A stretch of 64,000 nt of DNA, from NCBI GenBank assembly GCA_965153285.1, contig OZ229114.1; one strand, given 5' to 3'. This document shows positions 21,571 to 33,900 of the stretch, piece after piece. The translations under genes were made by a program, and so were the position numbers. The notes under the pieces were generated by a model. That model worked only from the letters and a program-made list of their open reading frames with translations, was not told the origin of the DNA and searched no databases. Source of the DNA: Podarcis tiliguerta (taxonomy: Eukaryota). Within the stretch, counting starts at the first letter, position 1. Each line of letters begins with the position of its first letter.

Positions 21571-22762
21571 TTCTGTGTACGTGGGATAGGGGACCGTACA
21601 TGGGATGGGAAGAGGAGAGCCCCGTTTACAGTGGAGGTGAGTTGGGGTGGGGCAGGGTGGGGCGGGAGGAAGTAGGTAGGTGCTGCTGCTCAGGAGGCAG
21701 TTTTATGCATTTCCTGCTCTAGTCATCTCCCCCACTCCTCTTTTCTGTTAAGTGCTTTCACCTTCCTGCACCCCTGTTGCAGTAGTATGGAAGATGGAAG
21801 GGGTCTCATTTGGGGGCAGGTGAAGTGTCTTGTTCTGCTGTTGCCCACACGCTTAAGCTTCCACGTGGTTCCCTGCCCTCATAATTGGGACCAATGTGCT
21901 CTTTTTTCTCGTGTTTCCACGTATTTTGATAAACGATTGGCTCCCCTGCCCCAAATCTTGTTTCTATATGGGGTCCATTCTTCCTAGATCACGTAATAGA
22001 GTCAATTCCCAGCTGTTGGAGATGACTAAATTAATATGCTTCAAAGGTGGATTCCCTTCTTTTCTTAGCCTTCCAGGGTATACCTATGGGCACAGTGAAG
22101 ACTGTTATTCGGTTCGTAGGAGTTGGCTCCTACGTTTATAGCTTATACCATCACAGTGCATGAACGCACTTTGTTATGTGTTCACAGGAAAGCTGAGTGA
22201 TTATAGCAGCTGCGTGCACAAGAAAGTGTACACATGCATTACAGTACATATGTGTTGTCCACTTTCTTTGATGGTCTATGTATGTGTTAATTCCCACACA
22301 GACGTAGCTCCATGTTGGGATTTTGTAATGTCTGAAGCAGCTCCAAGTGTGCTTGCACAAGTTAATAAAATCAAACAACTTTTCAGAAGTATTGCAATCT
22401 CCATGTGCCAGTTGTATTCATTTTAAAATATACCTGTGTTTTGATTTCTTCTGTCTATAGTTTTTTTTTTGGGTTACACATAACCAAGTGAGAGAACCTA
22501 AAATTGAAATGGTGAACACTTGCTTAACAGCAAGGTATATGTTTTTCAAATGACTTATAAAATACATTATGCATTTCCCCATTTCATAAAGCAAACACTT
22601 TGAAGTAAAAGAGAAGCTGCAGAACTTAAAACCACAGTTAATGTGATATTCATGATGACCCTTGTCTTTATGCATGAAAGCAGCCATAAGGGAAATGGGA
22701 AAATGCACATGGGGTTGCAGCTAGGCAACTATGGCTTCCCTCCTCCAGCAGGCCATTCCCTT

Positions 22763-22765
<3 letters not shown>

Positions 22766-22792
<27 letters not shown>
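22766..22792. repeat. (CA)n microsatellite
   Basis: Direct observation. Confidence 0.95.
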
Positions 22793-22793
<1 letters not shown>

Positions 22794-25700
22794 CATTTCT
22801 GCCCCCCAACAATATTCTGTGGTTACTGAGAATTTCCTGCCCTTATTGGCGGTTTTTGTTTTTAAATTGTTTTATATCTGCAACCCTTGGAGTTCCCTTG
22901 AATGAACTGATTCTTCTCTCATATTTCTCTGTGGTCTTGTTACTTTTCCTGGCATTCTCCACTTCTTTTTTCTTTTTCTGGCATTCCCCACTTGATTTCA
23001 CTATTAGTAATTTCATCATCATCTTGTGCCTCCACTCAATGCAACCCCTTATATCCCATCATAATGAGTATCTATTCACATAATCCCAACACTGTGCTTT
23101 GAAAGTGTATTAGCATTTATTCAAAGGTAACAGATTCCATGGTTTACATTTTGTGGTAGCTCTGACACAGATTAGAAGATTTCCTCATGGTTTTTATTTC
23201 TGTAACAACTTATCATTGAAGCTTTGTTTAAATAATTAACATTTGTACATAATGAAGGGGAGCTGAAGTTGTAAGAGTACAGTTAACTTAAAAGACAATC
23301 TGCATTCATGCCTAAGTAGGAATTTGGACCCATACCTCTCTAGTTCAAGAGGTAACATTGCCCACCAGCTCACATTCCAATAGCAAAATTTGATTAGAGG
23401 TTTGTGTCCCAGTGTTGATGGTTAGTTTATTATAATTGAGATTGATTGGCCTGGAGAATGGTCTGAAAGTCCCTGGCACACTTTTGCCGCAAGTATGAAG
23501 CAGAATTGGCTCTATCAGGAAAGAGTAGACAGACTACAGACTTGGCAAATATTCTTTCTTCTTTATTAGAGTCCCAATATCTATTAACCAGAGCCAGGAG
23601 CAAAAGACATACAGTTATAATTAAAGAAGAGGGTGCCTCTGAGTACATTCTGAGCCCAGGAATTGGTTTTCAGTACCATAACTGAATTAAGCTCACAACC
23701 CTTTCACAGAAAAGTGCATTCCTGGTTAGCGTTCTTCATTTCTGCAGCCTAATTTAGGTGTGAAAAGTCATCTTGTTGCTATTTTTAAACAACTGGGAGT
23801 CAGGAATGCTTGCTGATTTATTGCAAATTGTCTAGAGATCTATCAGTAGATTCCAGTCTACACTCTTCCCACCCCTGCTATAAGGGGTGGATTCTTGGGA
23901 ATCCTTTGTAAGCTGTTCAGAGGCTCTGATGTAGAGGGACATCTTATATTATGCTTCTAAATATCATAAATAAAACTGCATATTTGTGACTGATATGTCT
24001 AACTCTTAATGGGTTACCGTCCGTTTGTCTGCCGTTCTCTAGAAGTAGTTGTGGTTGGTTATGCCAACAGTGTCTATTTTATTTTTCCTTCTCTAATTCT
24101 TCTCCTTTCTCATTTTGCTTCTGTATTTTCTCTCTCTGTGTTAGTAAGATCAGTCGGTTGGGTGTTTTTGTGGTGGAGGGATCTGAAACACGTGAGCTAA
24201 ACTTGCTGGGCAGTGAATCAAGTCATTGTCAGGCAGGTTTTAACTTGAGAGTCGGAACATGGCAGGACAGCAGGGGTTCTTGCATTGCAAACTTGATCTT
24301 ATTGTATTCTTTTTTCCCTTTCTCTTTGTATTACAGAAGTAGTAGCTGCTTCACATGGGGACTTCTTAGACACTGAGCTGTACAAAAGAAGATCAAAATT
24401 GTAAGTGCTGATTCTAAGGAAGGTACTTGTATCACACCTGTAACTAACTTCGGTAAGATGCTTTGCTTTCTCGGGATAAGAAGTTTGAAATTAAAAACTG
24501 GCTACTTCATTACTTCAGCTGTAGGTTTCAGGATAATAAAATAATGTTACCCCCCACTGGCTATGGAGTGTGTTTGCAACTTAATATGAGGCAGTTGGAG
24601 TCTATATTGCTTACACACAAGTGGCTTCCTTAGTTCCAATTAGTTCTAGGTGTGCAAATGTATTCCTGGATGTGGGGTCGCAAGAGGCTTAATTTATAGG
24701 CACTGAGGCCATTCTGAGGTTATTGTGGGCTTAATTTTGTTCCCTTGTAGATCAGTTTTAAACTCTGGTAGTAGAAAGAAATGAGCTTGCCTCTGAATAT
24801 CATTTGCCGGGAATGGGAGAGTGCTGTTGCAGGCATGCCTTGCCTAGGGGCTTCCCTTTGGCATCTGGTTGGCTACTGAGACCAGAATGGTGGACAAGAT
24901 AAGCTCAGCAGAGTTCTTCTTACGTAGTTTCAGTCATGGGATGAGACTGCAGGCTATGACAGGGAAATATTGCACTGTAAAATATTATGTTTAGAACAGA
25001 AAATTCTATTTCTAGAAATATTTCAGTTTCACCATATAATTGTATGGTGCCAATAGAGTATTTCCCGATTTTAATGTCATCTCTGCAAAAGTCCATGTTT
25101 AATCTCGCTTCTTCTTTTTTAGTCTTTCTGCATAATATGAGATAAGGAGAAATTAATGTGTCTGGCAGCAGCTGTGTATGTAGCTGCTCTGTGTCATGCC
25201 CTGTTGCTCTGTTGCCTCTTTTCTTCTCTGCCTGTTACAACAGGCCGAAGGGGCTGGAGAAAGCAGAGGGGCGGTGATGCAGGAACACAGCAGCTGCGTA
25301 CTCTGACATTGCTTCAGTGGGTTTCAGTCTGTGGTGGCAGACATTACTTTGGGTCTGGTCTCTGGCTGTCGACGGTGACTAGAGAGAGAAGTTGGAGAGG
25401 TTCACAACCAGGGCATAACAATATCCTTCTCCTGTTTGTTGGTAGCACTTAGGGCATTATTTGAAAATCAGAATCTGTCTGACTATAATTCTCCCTGCCC
25501 TGTCCCACCCTTGGGTATTGCATACTACCCGGTCAAGCTTTTAAAAAAGTTGCTCTGGATTGGGATGCTGGAGGAATGCTATAACCAATTCCACCTATTG
25601 ATCTCTCTTGCTCAGCCCCTTGGTGGACCCTCAGATGTTGAAGACTTTGGGGATGCATTTCAATCTGCTAGAATTATGATGCTGTGTTTGTTTGGAAACA

Positions 25701-27837
25701 TGGTAATAGCTTGTTGAAATAAGCAGCTACTTTTCTAAAACTGAAGAAGAATGAAGGTCTGTACCAGTGATTTCTGTAGATCACGAGACCAAAAAAGCCC
25801 TTGAAGTTTTAGAATGAGAGGGTATTTGTACTTTTTGTTAACAGCTTTCCACATGTTACTTTGGATTCTCTAACGTAGGCAGCTATAAGATAGAAGAGAC
25901 AGTCTTAATTGTTGCCTCTAGCAATTTCCCATATGCATGTGTACTCTGTCTAGTTTAGGACAGCCTGTGTCCCAGTTCTAGTCTTGTTGAAAGCGCGAAC
26001 TTATCTGCATGATAAGTCTGTAGCTTCTTTGCTCTCATTTTACAAAGGGATGTAGAATATTTTGCTTTCCTGGGCACCCAACACAAGAACTGAAATCTGT
26101 TACTCCTGACTAGGTGTACAAGGATGTTCTTTAACCGCATGAAATAACTTTGAACCAGAAGTATGGCTTGTTGTTTTAGTAGTGGTGACATGGTGTGATT
26201 AGTTGTATTCCCGGTAGACTACTCAGAGTATATGGACATAAGTGTGTCCTATTGATCTTGCTCCGACTTTATGATTTTTGTCACAAAAATCTTTGAGTCT
26301 GACAAACAGAATGTTGTGCTACTGGTATCGCCTTCCTACAGCTTTCTGGGTCGTATTCAACCAACTTGTATTCAGAGTAGACTCCTTGAAATTAGTGACC
26401 ATGGCTAACTTAGGTCCATTAACTTCAATGCATCTACTCGGAATAAAAGTTAATTGAATACAACACAGAAAATTACAAGAAGGTGATGCCAGTAGTGCAT
26501 TGCACTACCTGGTAGGGATTGGCATTGTGTTCCAAAGGTAACAATAGTGAATGTTTCTGCACCTGCCCCTTTAGACCAGACAAATGTGTGGAAGAAATGT
26601 CCTGCTATATGACCTGCTTCATATGTTTGCAGAAGATAAATCTCTGTGTGGTAGGCTGAAGCTAATATATGTCAGTCACTGGAAATGCTCATGAAGGAGA
26701 AAGTTGTGGTATTTTCTCTCTATTGTAAGCAGTTGAAATGAGGAGCTCTTTAGGCGTTGCAGATGTGCTACCATGTTTGTGCTGCTCTGTGCATTATTTA
26801 TTGTGCCTAAATGGAACTGCCATATGCCCCAGCTTCTGCTTTACCTCTATAAGTCTATGTCAGCACAGATGCTAGTTGCTTTAAATCCAGTAATCCTAGT
26901 ATTGGGGTGAGGGCTGGTAGTTTACCCCAGGAAAGGAGACTTTTGCAATGTAGGCTATGGGATTGTAGGGCAGTGTGACACTTTCTTTGTGACTTCTTGC
27001 TCACAAGAGGAAAGCAAACTTTTCAATAATGGTAGAGAATAGTTGTTGAATAGAAAATATTCCTTTGGGCCAATTCCTATGTTAAACAAAGGTGTGCTTA
27101 TCATCATTTGTACATGTTTAGAATTTCAGTCAATGCTAACTGCCTGGAGCATGTATCTACATAATATATTTCTAAATGTGTATCTGTGGCTTGTGTGCAC
27201 TGCATTTTTATATTAACAGGTACAGATTTTTGTGTGTATAAGATTGGTGTGAAGTTGTGTTGCAGGATTCCTAATTTAGCAGGACTTCTGATACAACTAT
27301 AGTGCTCAGTAGACCAATTTCTACTTTCTTAGGTGCTAAATTTATACTTCCTGCTTGGGGTTTCCTGTTTGGGACTCTGGCTTAGCCAGATATTTGTTGG
27401 ATTACTTTTAACAAGACTTTCTCTCCAGTTCCTCACCTTTTTAAATGAATCTGTAATCTTCCATGCTCCACACTTTTCCTTTCTGTCCAGAATACCTGAT
27501 GTGAAATGATTCCTGCAGCAGGTATAAGAAGAAAAGAATTGCATATAAAAAAATCATGTGCAAATCTATTTTGAATTATGCACATTTGGACAAATGTACA
27601 CTTGTATTTTATTAAACTTATTTTTTGTACATTTTTTCTCTTATGTAGAAAAAATATGTGTGAAGCAGCCCAGAGGAAATTAAGATGGCTGTAATGTAGT
27701 TAATAGCTATAAAGTGCCTTGTAAGCTCTAAAAATGTTTTAAAGAGAGCATAACCTGGAAACGTATGGATGCTGTGGAAATTAATCTTGAGAGAGCTCTG
27801 AAATGTGGCATGTCTCTCTATCCATAGATTGCAAGCC

Positions 27838-27939
27838 ATGGCGCAAGCTGAGAAGAAAGGCGGATTGCTCCGGAAATCTTCAGCTAGTAAGAAACCCTTG
27901 AAAGAGAAGGTTGTGCTAATGTATGATGAGATCTTTACG
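27838..27939 (+). CDS. ARMH3: ARMH3 coding exon 1 (exon starts at 27828, ATG at 27838)
   Basis: catag acceptor, GCCATGG Kozak context, gtaagg donor. Confidence 0.93.
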
Positions 27940-30900
27940 GTAAGGATTGGACTTTGCTCTCCTCATTGTGGCATTTTGTTCAGCTGTAGGATACATTTTA
28001 CTATGCTGAAGTAGTCCCATTGGGAAGTGTAAGCCAGGGTGCCCTGGAGCTGTCCCTTATTGCATTATCTCTGGTTTCCTCTCTAAGTTTAGTATTAGTA
28101 GTATCTAGTATTAAGAATGAGAAGGGGAATGCAGTGAATCCTGCCTCTGGGTATGCTTTTACTTTCCTGCTTTGAGGTGAGTATATCTGTACAGCAGGAG
28201 ATTTCCTCATTTAGAATTACCTCTGCAGGCTCTACCATTGATAAACTGCGGAAGAATATATGGTGTGTCTCAGGGCCCATTTCTGCATGCTGTTTCCTGT
28301 TTTCCTGGACCTAGAATGGTTATAATACTGCTATAAGGACATCCATATTTTGTATCCACAGTGGCCATTGTAACAGGAATTACGTTCTCTTTCAGACAGA
28401 GGATCCCAGTAAATGCAGTCCTCGGTTTTGGGAGGAGCTCTTCCTCATGAAGGTAATATAGCAAAGGTCAAAAACATCCACTGTCTTCTAATCATCTCTT
28501 CATGTTTACTCATCTATGTAGCAATTTTCCACCTTTAGCCATGTCCTCAGTGACTCCATGAATTGGCTTTTCCCTTTTCCCTTTGTCTTGACAGGTGAAC
28601 TTGGAGTACCTGGAAGGGAAGCTGGAGTCTCTAGATGGCGAAGAGCTGATGAAGATAAAAGATAATATTAACTGTTTGTTCCAGCGCTGCATCCGGGCTT
28701 TGGGAGAAGAACATCCTATCAGAGTGGTCAATGCATTACAGGTGCTGTACTCTACATTTTGTGTCTCCAGTGGAGCTAAACCCAGGAACAGGCAGCTAAT
28801 GACAGTTGTATCAGTGTTGATGAAGGAAAGAGTCCACTTCCCATTAAGATTGACTAAGATACATGTCAGTTCAGTGTGCTAGACCAAAAATCCCCTCTGT
28901 TAACATTTATATAATAATAAAATGGTTTCTCTTCTTTGCTACTTTGTTGGCAGTCAGGAGAGTAATTGAGACTGAATCTATGTAAGCATATTTCAAGTTC
29001 CAAAACAGGCAAGCAGCCTGCATGGACATGGAAGAGAGTGAAGACTATGTAATATGAATCTGCTGTGTTATACTAAATCAAAGTAAACATCTTCCCAAAA
29101 TACAGCTGTAAGGGTCTAGGGCATATAATAATAGGCTCTTGGTGCACTGAAAGCTTTCTCACAGTTCTAGTGTTTTTCTCTTTCCGACACAGACGCTGTG
29201 TGCACTGATCCGTGGAGTTCATCAGAAGAACAAATCCACATCTGGCTTTGACATCATCAACATGTTAATGGGTTTTGACAAGGCTGAACTGTGTATGAAG
29301 GTGAGGGCTAGCTAGAGTGCAATAAAAGAAAGTGCTGCCGGTGAGGGTTAGGGAGACTGCAATAAGAGGCAATGGTGTGCTTGTGGAAGAGATATGTTAA
29401 TCCATTGTTAAATATATTGGTTACAGTGTCTCCCATAGTATTAAAGGTCCTGGCCAAGGTATGGACAGTCTCATTTCAAATATAGTTGATATCTGCATGC
29501 AACCTCATGCGTTGCTTATATTTCTGCTAGCTTTCTTTGTCCTCTGAGTACTGGTAACAGAGAATAAATAATGGCATATAGTGCTTTTTGCACAAATGAT
29601 GTGTTGACTTTTAGACACTGTATAAATGTCTATAATGAGGCTGTGATTTGCAACTAGAGGGCAAAAATAGAAATCCTTTAAAATGCTTCATAACTAAATG
29701 TATCACAGCTGGGTTTTCTTTTGTGTGGGGCGAATTAGCTCCATAAGGAAGCAAGGCTAATTACAGTATAATAGCACCTTGCTTGAGAATTACAGCATAA
29801 TCAGATCAGTGCAAGGAAGCCCCACTCAAGGATCCTTCATGCAAGCACTGGCACTTCACTCTCAGACTACTCTGTGCATCCATCTGGGCGTACATTTTTA
29901 TTTCCTTTTGTGAAATCAGCTGAGATTCTGAGGGAACAAAATTGTGTGTCACAATCCACACTGTGTGGTTTTGATTTGATGAAGCACAGTTTTAGGCAGA
30001 ACTGTTGCTTTAATTTGTTGTGGTTATCTGCCTTGGGAAATATATACTTGGTAATATTTATGTTTTAGATGATGGGACAGAATACCTTTTAGAGAATACC
30101 TTCTAGAGATGAAAGTAATTAAACAGATTTATTTATTAAAGACATTTGTATACAAATCCCTCCATAAAAAACGCTAGGCAGCTAACAACAAAATCAAAAT
30201 ACGATTTAGCAAAATAAAATATAAGTTATGAAAAGTTAAGAATTCTAAAACACCAAGACCAGCGGCAGAGTAGAAGTTATTCCAAAGTATATATATAGTA
30301 AAAGTGCAGTTTACAAAGAAAGAACATTCTTTAAATGGAAAGCTTTTATTAGCTTTTGTAAAGCCATAACATAGGGGACCAGACATAATAGTATGTATGC
30401 AAGACAGCTTCATTTAGACCAGAGATGGAGAACCTGTGGTCCTCCAGATGTTGGACTGCAACTTCCATCACCTCTTACCTTAGCCATGCTGGCTGAGGCT
30501 GATGGGCATTTGAAGTCAACCATATTCAGAGAGCCAAAGGTTCCTCATTCTTGACCTAGAATTTTACTAACATAGATCCTTCCCATCAAGGATCATGATT
30601 AAACTCTGTGGGGAAGGGCCATAGCTCAGTGGCAGAGCATCTGCCTTGCATGCAGAAGGTCCTAAATTCAATCCCTGACATATCCAGGTAGGGCTAGGAA
30701 TGTTCCCTGCCTGAAGTCCTGGAGAGCCATTGCTAGTCAGTGTAGACCAGGGGTAGTCAACCTTTTTATACCTACTGCTCACTAAGGCATCTTTCTTGAT
30801 GTTAAAATTTCCTTACTGCCCACCAGTGCTCGATGGAAGGAGGTTTCAGCTTGTGCCGTAGAACCCCCTACCGCCCTCCTAGAATCCTGAAATGCCCACT

Positions 30901-33900
30901 AGTGGGCAGTAGGGGCCAGGTTGACAACCCTTGGTGTAGACAAGACTGAGCTAGATGGGCCTGTAGTCTCACTCAGGCTAAAGCAGCGTCCTATGTTCCT
31001 AGTACTGTATCGGGTACAGCATCTGTGTGGGGGTTGTGAGAAGTAATGGATATGCTGTGGTTCATAGTAACTTTTCCCCCTCTAGAATCTGATGGAGAGT
31101 CTGGATGCTCTGCTATGTGCAGAAGGCTCTGAAAGTCTCAAGAGTTTGTGCCTGAAGCTATTACTCTGTTTGGTGACTGTAAGTAATAGACAATAGAGAG
31201 TCAACTATAAAAAGCATGCACTTTCAAAACTTGGAAATTGTTGTTTGTGAATTAGCAAGGAATTCTTAATTTCTAAGGCAGAGGAACTTTCCATTCCAGC
31301 TGATCAGTATTCCTGTTATAGAGATGACTGCTGTCTAAATTACAGTCTTGGATATAAGTATTGTGTTAGTACATTTAATGTGAAGCCTCTTTTCCTGTCA
31401 CAGGCAGGAATGTACTCTTATGTATAGACCCTGTTTTAAGATTGTTCAGTGTATCCATCTCATGGAGGGAAGTTTGATACCCTTAATTATTTTAGGGAAG
31501 ATTTACTAATTTACAGAGAGTTTTGTATTTGTTGCTGATATCTACCTGTGAGAAATTGGTTTCTTTTTTGTTGCAAGTTTGCATTGTTTTTCTTTCTTTA
31601 CAAATGTCTATCTTGTCTATCCTATCCTACAACTTTTCCCAATAGCTAATAATGAACAAGGAAAATCACCCTGAGGGCAGGGTGAGAGGTAGGCCAACCC
31701 ATAATTAATGCAAGTATGTGAGCTTCTGTACCTCAAGCACATCCCTAAAGCTCTGCCAAGTAAAGTCTTAAGTTTCAAGAGTCTCCAGCCTAAGTCCTAT
31801 TTTCTAACAGAGATTTTCAGCTTCCCTCTATCCAGAGCTCAATGGTAGGAATGTAGCAAGAAGCATTGTGATGAATCTTCTGGTGTTGGAAATAATGATT
31901 TTATTACTAGCAATATTTAGAAAGCACCCATAGGGATAGAAGATAGCCCAGAACAAAATGGTTCAGGTGAAATTATATAAGTGATAAGATAGCATTAGTA
32001 TTGTACTAAGTAAAATCATTAAAGTGTATACCAAAATCAGTAACCTCACTGTAGCCCTAGTACATATGCCTAGAACCCACAAATAATGGGCTTCATTACA
32101 CAGAATATGGGAGAGTTTCAGTAATTGAGAGCACTGCTTCTTGAAACAACAAAAATACTGTGGAGTGGTGGGTGCAGTTCAGTAATTTTGCAAGGGTAGT
32201 AGTAGATAAGAGCATGTTTTAAGTGTGTTGTCACTTCCAGAAACTTCTTTAAAACAACAACCACCCTTTGATTCTCAATTCAGGTGACAGATAACATCAG
32301 TCAAAACACAATTCTGGAGTATGTGATGATTAACAGCATCTTTGAAGCTATCTTACAGGTAAGTTCCACCCCCCCCTAAAAAAATCACAAATCTCTGGGC
32401 AGTTAAATTTTCCATACTGCATAGCTATAAATAGTGCAGTTCCTGTGATGTTGCTTAAATGGAAACTTAAGATGAATGCCAAGTAGCATGTTAATGTCTC
32501 TCTTGCTTTAGTCTTTCTGTTTTTGTTCTGGTCAGTGGATACATTTTAGAAGATTTCATTCAGATCTTTTATAAATTTGGCACTGTGAACCTAATTCTCT
32601 AATAAGCTATGACAAGTAATTTTTTTTAGTGCAGTCAGCTTAAGTCCGTACCCAGCTATTCATTCCCTTCAAATGTGCTGATTCTCTTCAAGGTAAAATT
32701 TTCGTTTGAATTTGCTCTATACAAATGGGGATTGTCAAGGCCTTTTTAAAGTTGTATAGTTTCATTTTGGAAACAGACTTTGGGTCTGTTTGCCTGTTGT
32801 TTATCTCCATCTTTTCAGTTCAGGTGTCTAGAATCACTTTGTTCTTTGCAGCATAGAACCGTAGTTAATCTAAGTTACTCCTTTTCTTGATTTTAGATCC
32901 TCTCCAGTCTCCCCAGTCGCAGGGAACATGGTTATGAAGCTGTTGTCCTGCTTGCCTTATTAGTAAACTACAGAAAATATGAGGTGAGTAATTCATATGG
33001 AAAACGTGTACCTTACCCCCTAGGGCACGCATGCCCAAAGTGTGAATGAATTTTATTATTTTGGTCACAGACCAATTCCAGCCCACATACAATATCAAGG
33101 AAGTCATAAAACACAATAGGAATACATTTGAATATGCAATTAGGTATAACAGGGACAATACAGATATAGCAACAGTTTAAAAATATATAAATTAAAACTT
33201 AGTTATTAACATATAACCTAAAATTATCATTTAAGGCCTTAATCATTATGATAGCACAGTTTGTTCCCTAAGTTTTATGGCAATTGCACAGAATTTGGCT
33301 ACCCTTAACGTGATCTTGGGATCCTTGTTCTCTACCAGGGATTTTAGACATTGAAGTTCGGAATCATTTGGAGATTTTTGCATAGCAGGGGTAATAAATA
33401 CCGAGCGTATATCCCCATAGAAACGGCAGCGTAACGAGGCATGAGAGACAGTTTCTACCCCCATCAAGCCGCAGGGGCAGACTCGTTCTGCGTATGGTTT
33501 ACCCTCGAATCTGTCCTGCAATAAGGCAGATGGCAGCACGTTGAATCTTGCGAGGGTAAATGACTGTCTGTATTTAGGTGTTTGTAATTTTGACAAATAA
33601 TTTGCTGGGGTAAATCCTCTCCCATTATCTTTTATTGCTGGGTGTTTATTCATCTCGCTCATGTGGCATTGCATTTCCACATCCCAAATTCATTGGCGGA
33701 TTATTGCTCCAGCTTTCTCATAACCTACAGCTATCAGGGCCTGTGGGGGAAACCCCAAGCCTCTTAGCTTTTCATGCAGTGTAGCTTTCCATTTGGATTG
33801 GTAGGAATCCAGTAGGGTTAAGGGTGCCAACCCAACAGGGAAAAAGATAAGTTTTAACCAATAATGGATCTTCAGATTCCATATCTGAGCACCAACAGGG

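Noticed and set aside
30610-30690. tRNA-like sequence
   Set aside because: It is the head of a SINE with a degenerate B box and a continuing SINE body, not a tRNA gene.
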